Positions 1-7,229 of a stretch of DNA of 64,000 nt are shown here, one piece after another. Location of the stretch: assembly GCA_050298595.1 (NCBI GenBank), contig JBNKUM010000085.1:160001-224000 (forward strand), read 5' to 3'. Every line of letters begins with the position of its first letter. The stretch's first letter is position 1. The position numbers were made by a program, and so were the translations under genes. Below the pieces are notes generated by a model. The model was not told where the DNA came from. It made no database searches and was given only the letters and a program-made list of their open reading frames with translations. The stretch is from Gammaproteobacteria bacterium. Lineage in GTDB: Bacteria > Pseudomonadota > Gammaproteobacteria > GCA-001735895.

Positions 1-486
1 TTTGTTGAAATCACCGCCTATGCACTAGATGGCTTTGCCTTTGCTGCTGAAGCCATTGTAGGTCAGGCATTTGGTGCTAGATCACGCTCCACATTACGCC
101 GAGCTTCCTTGCTCACTTCCTGGTGGGGGCTGATCATGTCTGGGCTTCTGGCGGTCGCGTTTGCATTATTTGGCGGGGTGATCATTGACACGATGGCTAC
201 GGCGGCAGATGTTCGATTGGAGGCCAGAGATTATCTGCCATGGATGATAGCCACGCCTTTGTTAGGTCTACCCGCCTGGATGCTGGATGGGATTTTTATT
301 GGTGCAACTCGTACGCGGGATATGCGGAATATGATGGTGGTCAGTATCATTATTTACCTGCTGTCTGTTGCTATTTTGATGCCGATGTTCGGCAATCATG
401 GGCTTTGGATGGCTTTGAGTATTAGTTATCTGGCGAGAGGCTCGACTTTGTTTTGGAAGTATTTTGGGCTGGAAGCAGAGGTTTAA
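1..486 (+). CDS. MATE family efflux transporter (DinF-like), 5'-truncated by window edge
   Basis: Frame 1 is open from base 1 (FVEITAYALDGFAFAAEA...LDGIFIGATRTRDMRN...GNHGLW); typical DinF C-terminal half with hydrophobic helices. Confidence 0.85.
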   Translation, partial: FVEITAYALDGFAFAAEAIVGQAFGARSRSTLRRASLLTSWWGLIMSGLLAVAFALFGGVIIDTMATAADVRLEARDYLPWMIATPLLGLPAWMLDGIFIGATRTRDMRNMMVVSIIIYLLSVAILMPMFGNHGLWMALSISYLARGSTLFWKYFGLEAEV

Positions 487-552
487 TATTTGCCTCTATC
501 CAGAGCATGATTTCATATGCCCAGGCTTTCCTTGCTGCACAGCATCTTTCTT

Positions 553-578
553 GTAGGTGTACGAGCCTCTGCTCGATG
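553..578 (+). repeat. Degenerate GTAG-type REP-like palindrome
   Basis: GTAG followed by cgagc-ctct-gctcg hairpin between two convergent genes. Confidence 0.35.
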
Positions 579-612
579 AAGTTGTATCCCTAAATTAAGC
601 AAATCCATCTAG

Positions 613-652
613 TCACATATCACAGATGCGCTTCACATATCACAGATGCGCT
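613..652. repeat. Exact 20-bp tandem duplication of the hemG 3' end
   Basis: tcacatatcacagatgcgct at 613-632 and 633-652. Confidence 0.95.
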
Positions 653-1160
653 GACCAAATGCTTCAACCTGAGACCAGTCGGTAAAATCTATATTGGTGT
701 CTGGATCTGTTGGGCCTTTGGTCATCCACATAATCATCCTGATCATGGTGCGGTCAAACAGGCTGTATTTTTGATAATCGATCTTGCCAGCAAACACAGC
801 AAGATTTTTTGGCTGCCAGCTAATTTGCTTAAGAAACTTTTTTAAATACGGATTGGTGTCAGGCAGCCTTTTTTCAGCTTTGCGCGCTACAACATTCACC
901 GAAAAGAAAGCATTAGACTTGCTATCTAGCACCGACTCATTTTGCTTAATAAAATGATATATTTTATTACTGTGCTTGCCGTAACGAATACTCGCACCTA
1001 TGACAATCTTATCGTATTTATTTAACTCGGAAGGATTAACCTCGTCTACAGAAACAAGCGTCACCTGATTATTCTGCTTTTGTATAATTTGCCTGAGGCG
1101 TAAGCAGATCTCTCGAGTATGCCCATCGGTGGTTGAATAAATTATTAGAATGTTAGCCAT
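633..1160 (-). CDS. hemG: Menaquinone-dependent protoporphyrinogen IX dehydrogenase (flavodoxin fold)
   Basis: ILIIYSTTDGHT, GASIRYG, FFSVNVVARK, NPYLKKFL, IMWMTKGPTD, FTDW motifs; ATG at 1160. Confidence 0.92.
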   Translation of the reverse strand: MANILIIYSTTDGHTREICLRLRQIIQKQNNQVTLVSVDEVNPSELNKYDKIVIGASIRYGKHSNKIYHFIKQNESVLDSKSNAFFSVNVVARKAEKRLPDTNPYLKKFLKQISWQPKNLAVFAGKIDYQKYSLFDRTMIRMIMWMTKGPTDPDTNIDFTDWSQVEAFGQRICDM

Positions 1161-1594
1161 TGATTGCAAATTGTGTATTAGTCAAGCTACCACCTGATTC
1201 CCTTCCAGAAGCCAGGACCGTACTCATCTGATAACTGGACGCGTAGCGGGCACCGCGTCCGACCGCAATATATCTATTAAGCCTTCTTTATTGTCGCAGA
1301 AAACCTGTAGGGCAGGTCAAATATTTAGCCCTCATACAGAGAGACACTCAGGAAAATCATTAATTTAGATTCTACGAAATCCACTTATACTCATTCATAG
1401 TTTTTGTCATTTGAGCTCAGAAAAACGAGTCATTTTGCAGGATCTGAGCAAACTACAGCAGAGATATGGGCGAAGCTATATCAATCAATTCTGCTCTTAT
1501 TGATTGAGACTTATTGTTATATCTGGCCACCAACCTCGATATTAATTTATCAATGTGAGATGATAAATTCTAGAAATCACTAAAAGAGGAAATC

Positions 1595-1963
1595 ATGCAA
1601 ACCAATGTCTTCTTAGGAGAAAGAATCACAAATGCTCGTTTGGCGAAAGGCATCAGTCAGGAAAAGCTGGCCGAACTGACCGGAGTTAAGAAATCTACTC
1701 TCATCAAATGGGAAACAGATCGGAGTTCTCCTCGTATAAACCGATTAAACCAATTGGCAGGAATCCTGGGTGTATCTATAGTTTGGTTACTTGCCGGTGA
1801 TAAATCGCCGCTGGACGTTGACCCTCCCTCATTAAACGAAACCATGATGCTAGAAAACAAACTGGATGCTGCAGAAGCGACGATAGACCAGCTAAAGGAC
1901 ATCATCAGGGATATTCGTCATCAGTCAAAAAGAATCCAGAATGAATTTGATCAGGAAGACTAA
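1595..1963 (+). CDS. XRE-family HTH transcriptional regulator with C-terminal coiled coil
   Basis: LGERI..AR...GISQEKLA...WE.DRSSPR...LA..LGVSIVWLL.G; GAGGA RBS upstream. Confidence 0.88.
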   Translation: MQTNVFLGERITNARLAKGISQEKLAELTGVKKSTLIKWETDRSSPRINRLNQLAGILGVSIVWLLAGDKSPLDVDPPSLNETMMLENKLDAAEATIDQLKDIIRDIRHQSKRIQNEFDQED

Positions 1964-1995
1964 TAAGCCTGTATAGGCTATTTAATAAGTACGGA

Positions 1996-2423
1996 CCGGA
2001 TTATGGTTTCACACCCCTTAGCTTTCCTGGCGCCGTAGTATCTGACGAGTACGTGTGCGAGTGGCTTTCTTTTTTCGCGAAAAGAAAGCTACCAAAAAAT
2101 TTACAGGATTAATTTTGAACAGCTCTGCTGGCCCGAAGGGTAGTGGGCAGGACACCCGGAATAACGACGTTCCACAGAAGTGGCCTGCGGCTTCTCGAAA
2201 CACAGCCATTTTCACAGAAAATTGCTCGGCTCTGGCACCCTAGGCTCAGGCATCCTGCTTCGCTCTATCTCCTCCCTCCCTGGAGTCGTGCTTCGCCCTA
2301 CCATCTAAGTCCCTTTAGGCGTCCTGCATTTTCTGCATACATGCCATCCCTGGCAATAAGGGCGATATAAAACCTCACCCTTCGATTCTGATTTTTGATT
2401 AAAGTTTTGAAGCCCGAACTTGC
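1996..2423 (+). repeat. Large structured mosaic repeat, left copy, containing nested smaller repeats
   Basis: Shares collinear blocks (ccggattatggtttcacac; gtgcgag; gtggcctgcggctt; caataagggcgat) with the reverse complement of 8204-8578; tail repeated at 4786-4869. Confidence 0.85.
2226..2323 (+). repeat. ~48-bp repeat unit (2241-2288) nested inside another copy of itself
   Basis: Outer halves tcggctctggcaccc / tgcttcgccctacc flank inner taggctcaggcatcctgcttcgctctatc...gtcg; other copies at 4630-4695 (minus) and 62841-62924. Confidence 0.8.
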
Positions 2424-2647
2424 ACGATTCCTTCCTGAAAACAGTCGCTCCCGGTTAATGAGTGTACCAATATCAGTCATTCAATACTGCGGTAAATCTT
2501 ATGAAATACCATAGTAATCTCACCTGACTTCTTCCCAAAAGGCATATATCTCTAGTGTCACGAAATTCTCACCATGTATGACGAAACAGCAGTTTGCCAA
2601 CTCATTGATTTCAAAACGCTTACAGTGATATAAAGAGGTCTTACAAT

Positions 2648-2692
2648 AAATGTATAACGAGACAAGGGGTCTCGTTAAGATAACTGTTAAGT
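2648..2692 (+). other. attI-like recombination site heading the left cassette array
   Basis: AAATGTATAACGAGACA-aggg-GTCTCGTTAA-gataa-CT-GTTAAGT; core GTTAAGT is the exact complement of ACTTAAC at the end of cassette 1; 36/42 identical to 7593-7634 (minus). Confidence 0.7.
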
Positions 2693-2700
2693 GTAAAACA

Positions 2701-3060
2701 ATGGGTAAGTATCGAAACTCTAAACTCTTTCCAAACGAACGTCAGGAAAAGACATTCCTTTATCCTCATGTTTGCCTAAGCTGTAGAAAGAGTTTTAAAA
2801 AAAGTCATTCTGAACAGCCTAGGTTGTGCCCTGATTGTCAGCAGCCTTTAATTCTGTTGAGTCGAAATTTTTCTGCACCTAAAACTAATGACGAGAAACA
2901 GTGGAAGAAAGTTGCTTTTCTAATTGAACAAGGGTTCCTATTTCAGCACGTTTACCAGAATGAATGGGGTGGTCAGTATGCGGCTTACCCAAAAACTTTG
3001 GCAGAGGCCAGAGAATTTGTCGTTAAGTACAAGAAATGGGCAATACAAAATGACACTTAA
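2701..3060 (+). CDS. Gene cassette 1: small zinc-ribbon protein of unknown function
   Basis: CLSCRKSFK...CPDC...F.APK..D.KQW; ATG 9 bp after the GTTAAGT core; stop codon overlaps the attC R'' box. Confidence 0.8.
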   Translation: MGKYRNSKLFPNERQEKTFLYPHVCLSCRKSFKKSHSEQPRLCPDCQQPLILLSRNFSAPKTNDEKQWKKVAFLIEQGFLFQHVYQNEWGGQYAAYPKTLAEAREFVVKYKKWAIQNDT

Positions 3061-3113
3061 CAAAAACATCAACCCAGACCCAGTAAAGCGGTCCGGTTAT
3101 ATTGGCGTTATGC
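3055..3113 (+). other. attC site (59 bp)
   Basis: R'' ACTTAAC ... aacccagacc / ggtccggtt inner stem ... R' GTTATGC. Confidence 0.85.
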
Positions 3114-3119
3114 ACTGAA

Positions 3120-3725
3120 ATGAGAAAACCAATAAGAAGAAGCAGGAATATCGGGAAAACCCAAGGTGGCAGGGTCAAGGATGGTCGTGCCGAAGAAAAG
3201 TGGAGCCGCCTTTTCCCTGAGAATAAATGGAGGCAAATATCCGAAGCAGAAATGTCTTGGCAGGCCTTCATTGAAAACCCGTCAAGAGATTTTTATCACC
3301 CCTGTAGTCCTGCTGACTACCTGGCCGTCCTAAGAAGGCTTCCTAATCATCAAACGGAAGATATTAAAGGAATTATTTTACGACGAACCCCCAAAAGAGA
3401 TTCACAGCTTGGAATTGATGCATGGCGAAGGTGGTCATGCATCATTATGAATGCGTTTCCATCAAACAACACATTTACTTACGAATACAAGCCAAAGCAA
3501 TCTCAGATCAGCTATTTCAAACCTTTCTGCAACAGGTGGAGAGAAGAAAATGGTGTTTGGTCATTAGAGTGGGAGGAAGAAGAAGTTCGTCGATACTATT
3601 TGTACCACGTATTTTTACACGAAATAGGTCACATCAACGATTTGTCAAAAACATCGCAAACGAAAAGGGAAAACTATGCTAATTCATTTGCAAGAGATAT
3701 GGCTGAATATCTTGGAGAGCGGTAA
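3120..3725 (+). CDS. Gene cassette 2: protein with HExxH (zincin-like) motif
   Basis: YHVFLHEIGH...E.YAN.FA; bounded by GTTATGC (3107) and complementary GCATAAC (3730). Confidence 0.75.
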   Translation: MRKPIRRSRNIGKTQGGRVKDGRAEEKWSRLFPENKWRQISEAEMSWQAFIENPSRDFYHPCSPADYLAVLRRLPNHQTEDIKGIILRRTPKRDSQLGIDAWRRWSCIIMNAFPSNNTFTYEYKPKQSQISYFKPFCNRWREENGVWSLEWEEEEVRRYYLYHVFLHEIGHINDLSKTSQTKRENYANSFARDMAEYLGER

Positions 3726-3729
3726 TAAT

Positions 3730-3800
3730 GCATAACATAACAATCAGATACATAGTACTCGCTCGCTGCCCTCACACTCCTGTGAGCCTGGCCGTTATGT
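3730..3800 (+). other. attC site (degenerate inner stem)
   Basis: R'' GCATAAC (alternative ACATAAC at 3735) ... R' GTTATGT at 3794-3800, immediately after a stop codon. Confidence 0.7.
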
Positions 3801-3878
3801 TCTTTTTTAATACAGTGAAGAACTATGAAAGTAGTGATCAATAATTTTCACACATATAAACAACAGTATTAATAGCTT

Positions 3879-4592
3879 ATGGAATGGTATACTGAAATTG
3901 ATCTTTATTGTGAACGAATTGATCCAGGTTTTTGGGCAGAGCCTTTAAATGCTATTACAAATATTGCTTTCATAGTTGCATCTTTTTGGGCCTGGCATAC
4001 GGCATATAAGCTCGGAAAGTTAGATATCACAATAAAATTACTTTGTATTATGGCTGCAAGTATTGGCATTGGTTCGTTTCTATTTCATACCTATGCAAAC
4101 TTATGGTCTTATTTTGCTGATGTGATTCCTATTTGGAGTTTTGTCGCCTTATATGTGGTGGTCTTAATAATTAGAACATCCGCTAAATCACCATTACGAG
4201 TCGATGGAATTGCAGCTGGTATTATAGCTATTATTGGCGTTGTATGGATTATAGGATCAGGCAGTGCCACCCAAACTAAAGCATCCCCTGATGTGCTAAA
4301 TGGATCTGAACAGTATGCTCCAGCCTTAATTGCTTTATATTTCTTTGCATTCATGAGTGTTCGTAAGAAAAATCCAATTAGACTATGGATTGTAAGTGCA
4401 GCAATGATTTTTACATTATCGTTAATTGCGCGCACAGTAGATTTACATTTATGCGAAACATTTCCTCACGGCACACACTTTTATTGGCATCTATTAGATG
4501 GGTTAATGGTTGGGCTTTTATTACAGGGGCTTATTCGAATTGAAAGGAAAGAAACGAACCTCAAATATGATCGTGTAACAGGAGGGCTCTAA
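3879..4592 (+). CDS. Gene cassette 3: ceramidase-domain (CREST superfamily) membrane protein
   Basis: YCER...WAEPLNAITN, GSFLFH, GTHFYWH motifs; about seven TM segments; AT-rich relative to core genes. Confidence 0.85.
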   Translation: MEWYTEIDLYCERIDPGFWAEPLNAITNIAFIVASFWAWHTAYKLGKLDITIKLLCIMAASIGIGSFLFHTYANLWSYFADVIPIWSFVALYVVVLIIRTSAKSPLRVDGIAAGIIAIIGVVWIIGSGSATQTKASPDVLNGSEQYAPALIALYFFAFMSVRKKNPIRLWIVSAAMIFTLSLIARTVDLHLCETFPHGTHFYWHLLDGLMVGLLLQGLIRIERKETNLKYDRVTGGL

Positions 4593-4633
4593 TGGTCTGT
4601 CCCCACAACACCCTGAATACGGGTCCACACACG
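4592..4633 (-). mobile_element. Short remnant of a group IIC-attC intron 3' end (degenerate domain V)
   Basis: Minus strand cgtgtgtggacccgtattcagggtgttgtgggg...AT|TAGAG resembles 6720-6750; junction lies at CTCTA|A, the R'' position after the cassette 3 stop. Confidence 0.55.
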
Positions 4634-4695
4634 ACTGAGGGGATTCAGGAAGTAGAGCGAAGCAAGATGCCTGAGCCGAGGAAGCCAGAACCGAG
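4630..4695 (-). repeat. Copy of the ~48-bp unit plus outer left half
   Basis: Minus strand ctcggttctggcttcc-tcggctcaggcatcttgcttcgctctacttcc...gtcg. Confidence 0.75.
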
Positions 4696-4785
4696 GGTGT
4701 TTCCCAAAGATGTTAAAGCAAGCTAAAGAAAATCAAACACAGAATATTCTAATATTAGAGTAATTTGTGACCCCGGATTGGCGCT

Positions 4786-4869
4786 TGCCATCCCTGACAA
4801 TAAGGGCGATAAAAAACCTCACTCTTCAGTGCTGATTTTTGATTAAACTTTTTTGATGCCCGAACTTGC
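4786..4869 (+). repeat. Direct repeat of the tail of the large structured repeat (2342-2423)
   Basis: tgccatccctg.caataagggcgat.aaaacctcac...ctgatttttgattaaa...gcccgaacttgc in both. Confidence 0.9.
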
Positions 4870-4969
4870 CATTCCTGACATCCTACGTATGTCTTTTTAA
4901 TGCACGTTAAGAGCTCTCAATATAATTCAGCTGATACCGCACACCTCCCATCAATGTGAAAACTTTTGT

Positions 4970-5001
4970 CGTAGGTCGGATAAGCAAAGCGCCATCCGAC
5001 A
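4970..5001 (+). repeat. GTAG-type REP
   Basis: cGTAG-GTCGGAT-aagcaaagcgcc-ATCCGAC-a, enterobacterial-style REP. Confidence 0.85.
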
Positions 5002-5041
5002 TAAACGATACAAGCACATTACCAAACTAAAAGTACGTCAA

Positions 5042-5068
5042 TGTTGGAAGGCGTCGTTCCTCCTTTTC
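5042..5068 (-). repeat. GTAG-type REP split by the IS (remainder at 6489-6497)
   Basis: Joining 5042-5068 to 6489-6497 gives, on the minus strand, cGTAG-GTTGGAA-aaggaggaacgacgcc-TTCCAAC-a. Confidence 0.85.
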
Positions 5069-5147
5069 CAATGACATGGACTCCTCCCCACTAAAGCGGT
5101 GATCCGTTAAAGTGAGAGGTCAACGAAACCAAAACAGGAGCCATGCC

Positions 5148-6177
5148 ATGAAAAATGATACAACAATTTGCATCGATTTATCGAAAGAGGTTTTTCAAGT
5201 AGCCGTATTCAACCGAGGAGGTAAAACCCTCATCAATAAAGCGATGTCATGCAAAAAAATGGTGAAAACCATCCACGAATACCCTGGCGCAAAAATCTAC
5301 ATGGAAGCATGCGGTTCAGCGCATTATTGGGGTCGATATTTTGTCGGGAAGGGATTTGAGGTAGGCCTGATCCCTCCTCATATTGCAGCCAGGTACCGTA
5401 CAGGAAATAAGAGTGACAAAAATGATGTGTTAGCGATCTTCGAAGCGAGTAAAAACCCAAAAATCCACTGTGTCCCCATCAGGACTGTGGAGCAGCAGGA
5501 TATTGCCTTGCTGCATAAACAGCGAGAAGGCTTCAAAAAGGAGCGTAATCAGGTGGTTAACCGGATCAGAAGTTTTTGCTCGGGAGTACGGTGTTCATTT
5601 CGCCATTGGAATCAAGCCTCTTTTAAGGCAGGTTCCTGAGGCTTTAGAGGATGCGGAAAACGAGCTCAGTGTGATGGCTCGGGAAATACTCTCAGAACTG
5701 CTCGTTCATCTCAGAGAGCTCATCTAACGGCTTGACAGTATGAGCCACACAATAGAGACCTATGCAAGAACGATAGAACCTTGCCGGCGATTGGTTATGC
5801 TGCCAGGTATATCCTGGCTGATCGCTAGTATGCTATATGCAAAATTTGGCGATTGTCATGCCTTTCAACGAGGGCGAGACACCAGCGCGAGTATAGGAAT
5901 CGTACACGCCCATTCAGAAAGCGGGGGGAAGATCAAGATCGGCAGCATCACAAAGCGAGGGGACATTTACCTTCGAAGTCTTGTGGTGAATGGCGCTCGA
6001 TCCGTGGTGAGTCATATCCAGGAGAAAGCCGATGGCTTAAGCTGCTGGATCAGGAAGTTGCTTGCGACAAAGAAATTTAACCAGGTCGTCATCGCGGTGG
6101 CCAACAAAGTGATCAGGATGGCTTGTGCCATGCTGAAAAGTGGCGATGAATACCGCCAGCCTGTCACCCAGGCATAA
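5148..6177 (+). pseudogene. IS110-family DEDD recombinase/transposase, disrupted
   Basis: IDLSK, MEACGSAHYWGR, KSDKND, ESGGK, ITKRGD.YLR motifs; frameshift in the T-run near 5573-5577 and in-frame TAA at 5725-5727. Confidence 0.92.
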
Positions 6178-6234
6178 CGGTATTCTTTAGCCTGTGTTTA
6201 ACGATAACAGTACCTATCATGTAGTTAGCTAATG

Positions 6235-6410
6235 AAGTAACGGATCATTATAGCTGGTAGCAGACCAGGCAAACCCTGAGTAGGTTGAAGGCCCTTTGAG
6301 GCCTCTTTTCCAATAAGGAGTTTGGTCTTCACGGCAAATAGCCGTACAGGTCTGGAGTAGCTCTCCATAACAAAGACCGAATATACGACAGCTAACACAG
6401 CTTATAAGAG
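6235..6410 (+). ncRNA. Putative bridge RNA / seekRNA of the IS1111-group element (ends approximate)
   Basis: Internal loop with GTAGGTTG (6280-6287) and CTTTTCCAA (6305-6313) matching the two strands of the reconstructed target CTTTTCCAACCTAC; closed by aggcc/ggcct and agacca/tggtct stems. Confidence 0.82.
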
Positions 6411-6463
6411 CGTTGCAACACAATGCCAACGAAGTGGAGTACTTGTAAGTTTTCTCAATAGTA

Positions 6464-6488
6464 TTGCAAAACAGGAGGAGTCCATATA
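6464..6488 (+). promoter_or_regulatory. -35 half of the circle-junction promoter of the IS
   Basis: TTGCAA at 6464-6469; joining the right end to the left end yields TA|CAAT exactly 17 bp downstream. Confidence 0.75.
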
Positions 6489-6536
6489 CAACCTACGATT
6501 CCGGGTTACGGGTTTACAGGTTATAGAAGGCAGCTG

Positions 6537-6783
6537 ACTGGTGGAAACAGAAGTCCTACCACCAACGCCGGTTTGAACAATGCACATTTCGAAAAGACAA
6601 GTCTCATATCCATGCGAAAGCTATGGTGCAAGATTCACCATCCGGCTACGGCCCGATAGACACTTGATATGAATTCGATTTACCCGATGAAGTATCTCAG
6701 TTAATAACTGGTCAGGCACCGTATACGGACCCGTATCTACGGTGTTGTGGCAAGGGGCTACTTGAGTAGCTCCCTATCCCGAT
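6537..6783 (+). mobile_element. 3' remnant of a group IIC-attC intron (IEP C-terminus, domains V and VI)
   Basis: Frame 6549-6659 reads RSPTTNAGLNNAHFEKTSLISMRKLWCKIHHPATAR*; DV gcaccgtatacggacccgtatctacggtgt (6716-6745); DVI ggggctacttgagtagctccctatcccgat ending AT|TAGCT, antisense to the cassette at its R'' box. Confidence 0.85.
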
Positions 6784-6789
6784 TAGCTT

Positions 6790-7122
6790 TTATCCTTTTA
6801 CGCCAAGCTCAAGAATATGACAAAAGATTTTTCCATTTCCATAGAAATCCTTTGGCTCTACCTTAAGATATACATCTTTTCCAGCTGCGTAAGCGCTCAA
6901 TAGTGTTGATATTTTCCCCTTTTCTCCTGAATCTTTTTCATCAACATATGCCCATGCGGGACCATCAGGGCAGTAACTCATGGATGCCATACCATATACT
7001 CTAAAGTAAAGGTTGTTACCACTAGATACAAACACTTGATTGATCTTAAACCAGCCTGTTGACTCAGCTGCATATGAAATACTAGATAATAATATCATTA
7101 CCGTTACTAATAAAACTCTCAT
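6790..7122 (-). CDS. Gene cassette B: small secreted protein of unknown function
   Basis: Signal peptide (SYA-A), two Cys, ISTLLSAYAAGKDVYL helix-strand; AGGAG RBS; begins after GTTAGTT core. Confidence 0.8.
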   Translation of the reverse strand: MRVLLVTVMILLSSISYAAESTGWFKINQVFVSSGNNLYFRVYGMASMSYCPDGPAWAYVDEKDSGEKGKISTLLSAYAAGKDVYLKVEPKDFYGNGKIFCHILELGVKG

Positions 7123-7144
7123 ACTTCCTACTCCTTTAAATTTA

Positions 7145-7228
7145 AACTAACGCTGCAAACACCGGAGGCAAAGCCATAGCGACGTAGGAGCGACAGCTTT
7201 TCCTTCCGTGTGATTTGCTTTGTTATAA
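7145..7228 (-). other. attC site (84 bp)
   Basis: Minus strand R'' TTATAAC-aaagcaaatcacacggaagg ... cctccggtgtttgcagc-GTTAGTT; R'' complements GTTATAA at the cassette start. Confidence 0.9.
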
Positions 7229-7229
7229 A

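Larger units (their letters stand above)
5069..6488 (+). mobile_element. IS110-family insertion sequence, IS1111 group
   Basis: Perfect 12-bp sub-terminal IRs ATGGACTCCTCC (5076-5087) / GGAGGAGTCCAT (6474-6485), 7 and 3 bp from the ends; CAA core at both junctions; long 3' non-coding end. Confidence 0.93.

Noticed and set aside
1231-1283. Hairpin ggacgcg/cgcgtcc followed by aatatatctattaag, resembling the attI-like core
   Set aside because: Lacks the GTT core and the GAGAC palindrome, and no cassette follows.
2018-2480. Short ORFs 2018-2215, 2055-2243, 2143-2370 and 2298-2480
   Set aside because: They lie in the structured repeat, have no recognisable motifs and overlap in conflicting frames; none resembles an IntI N-terminus.
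2650-2700. Upstream ATG extension of cassette 1 and the TTG start at 3102 for cassette 2
   Set aside because: These extensions run through the recombination sites; ATGs at 2701 and 3120 fit cassette architecture better.
5069-6488. Idea that the IS is an IS1111-attC element
   Set aside because: The reconstructed target is a GTAG REP, not an attC, and the guide sequences match the REP.
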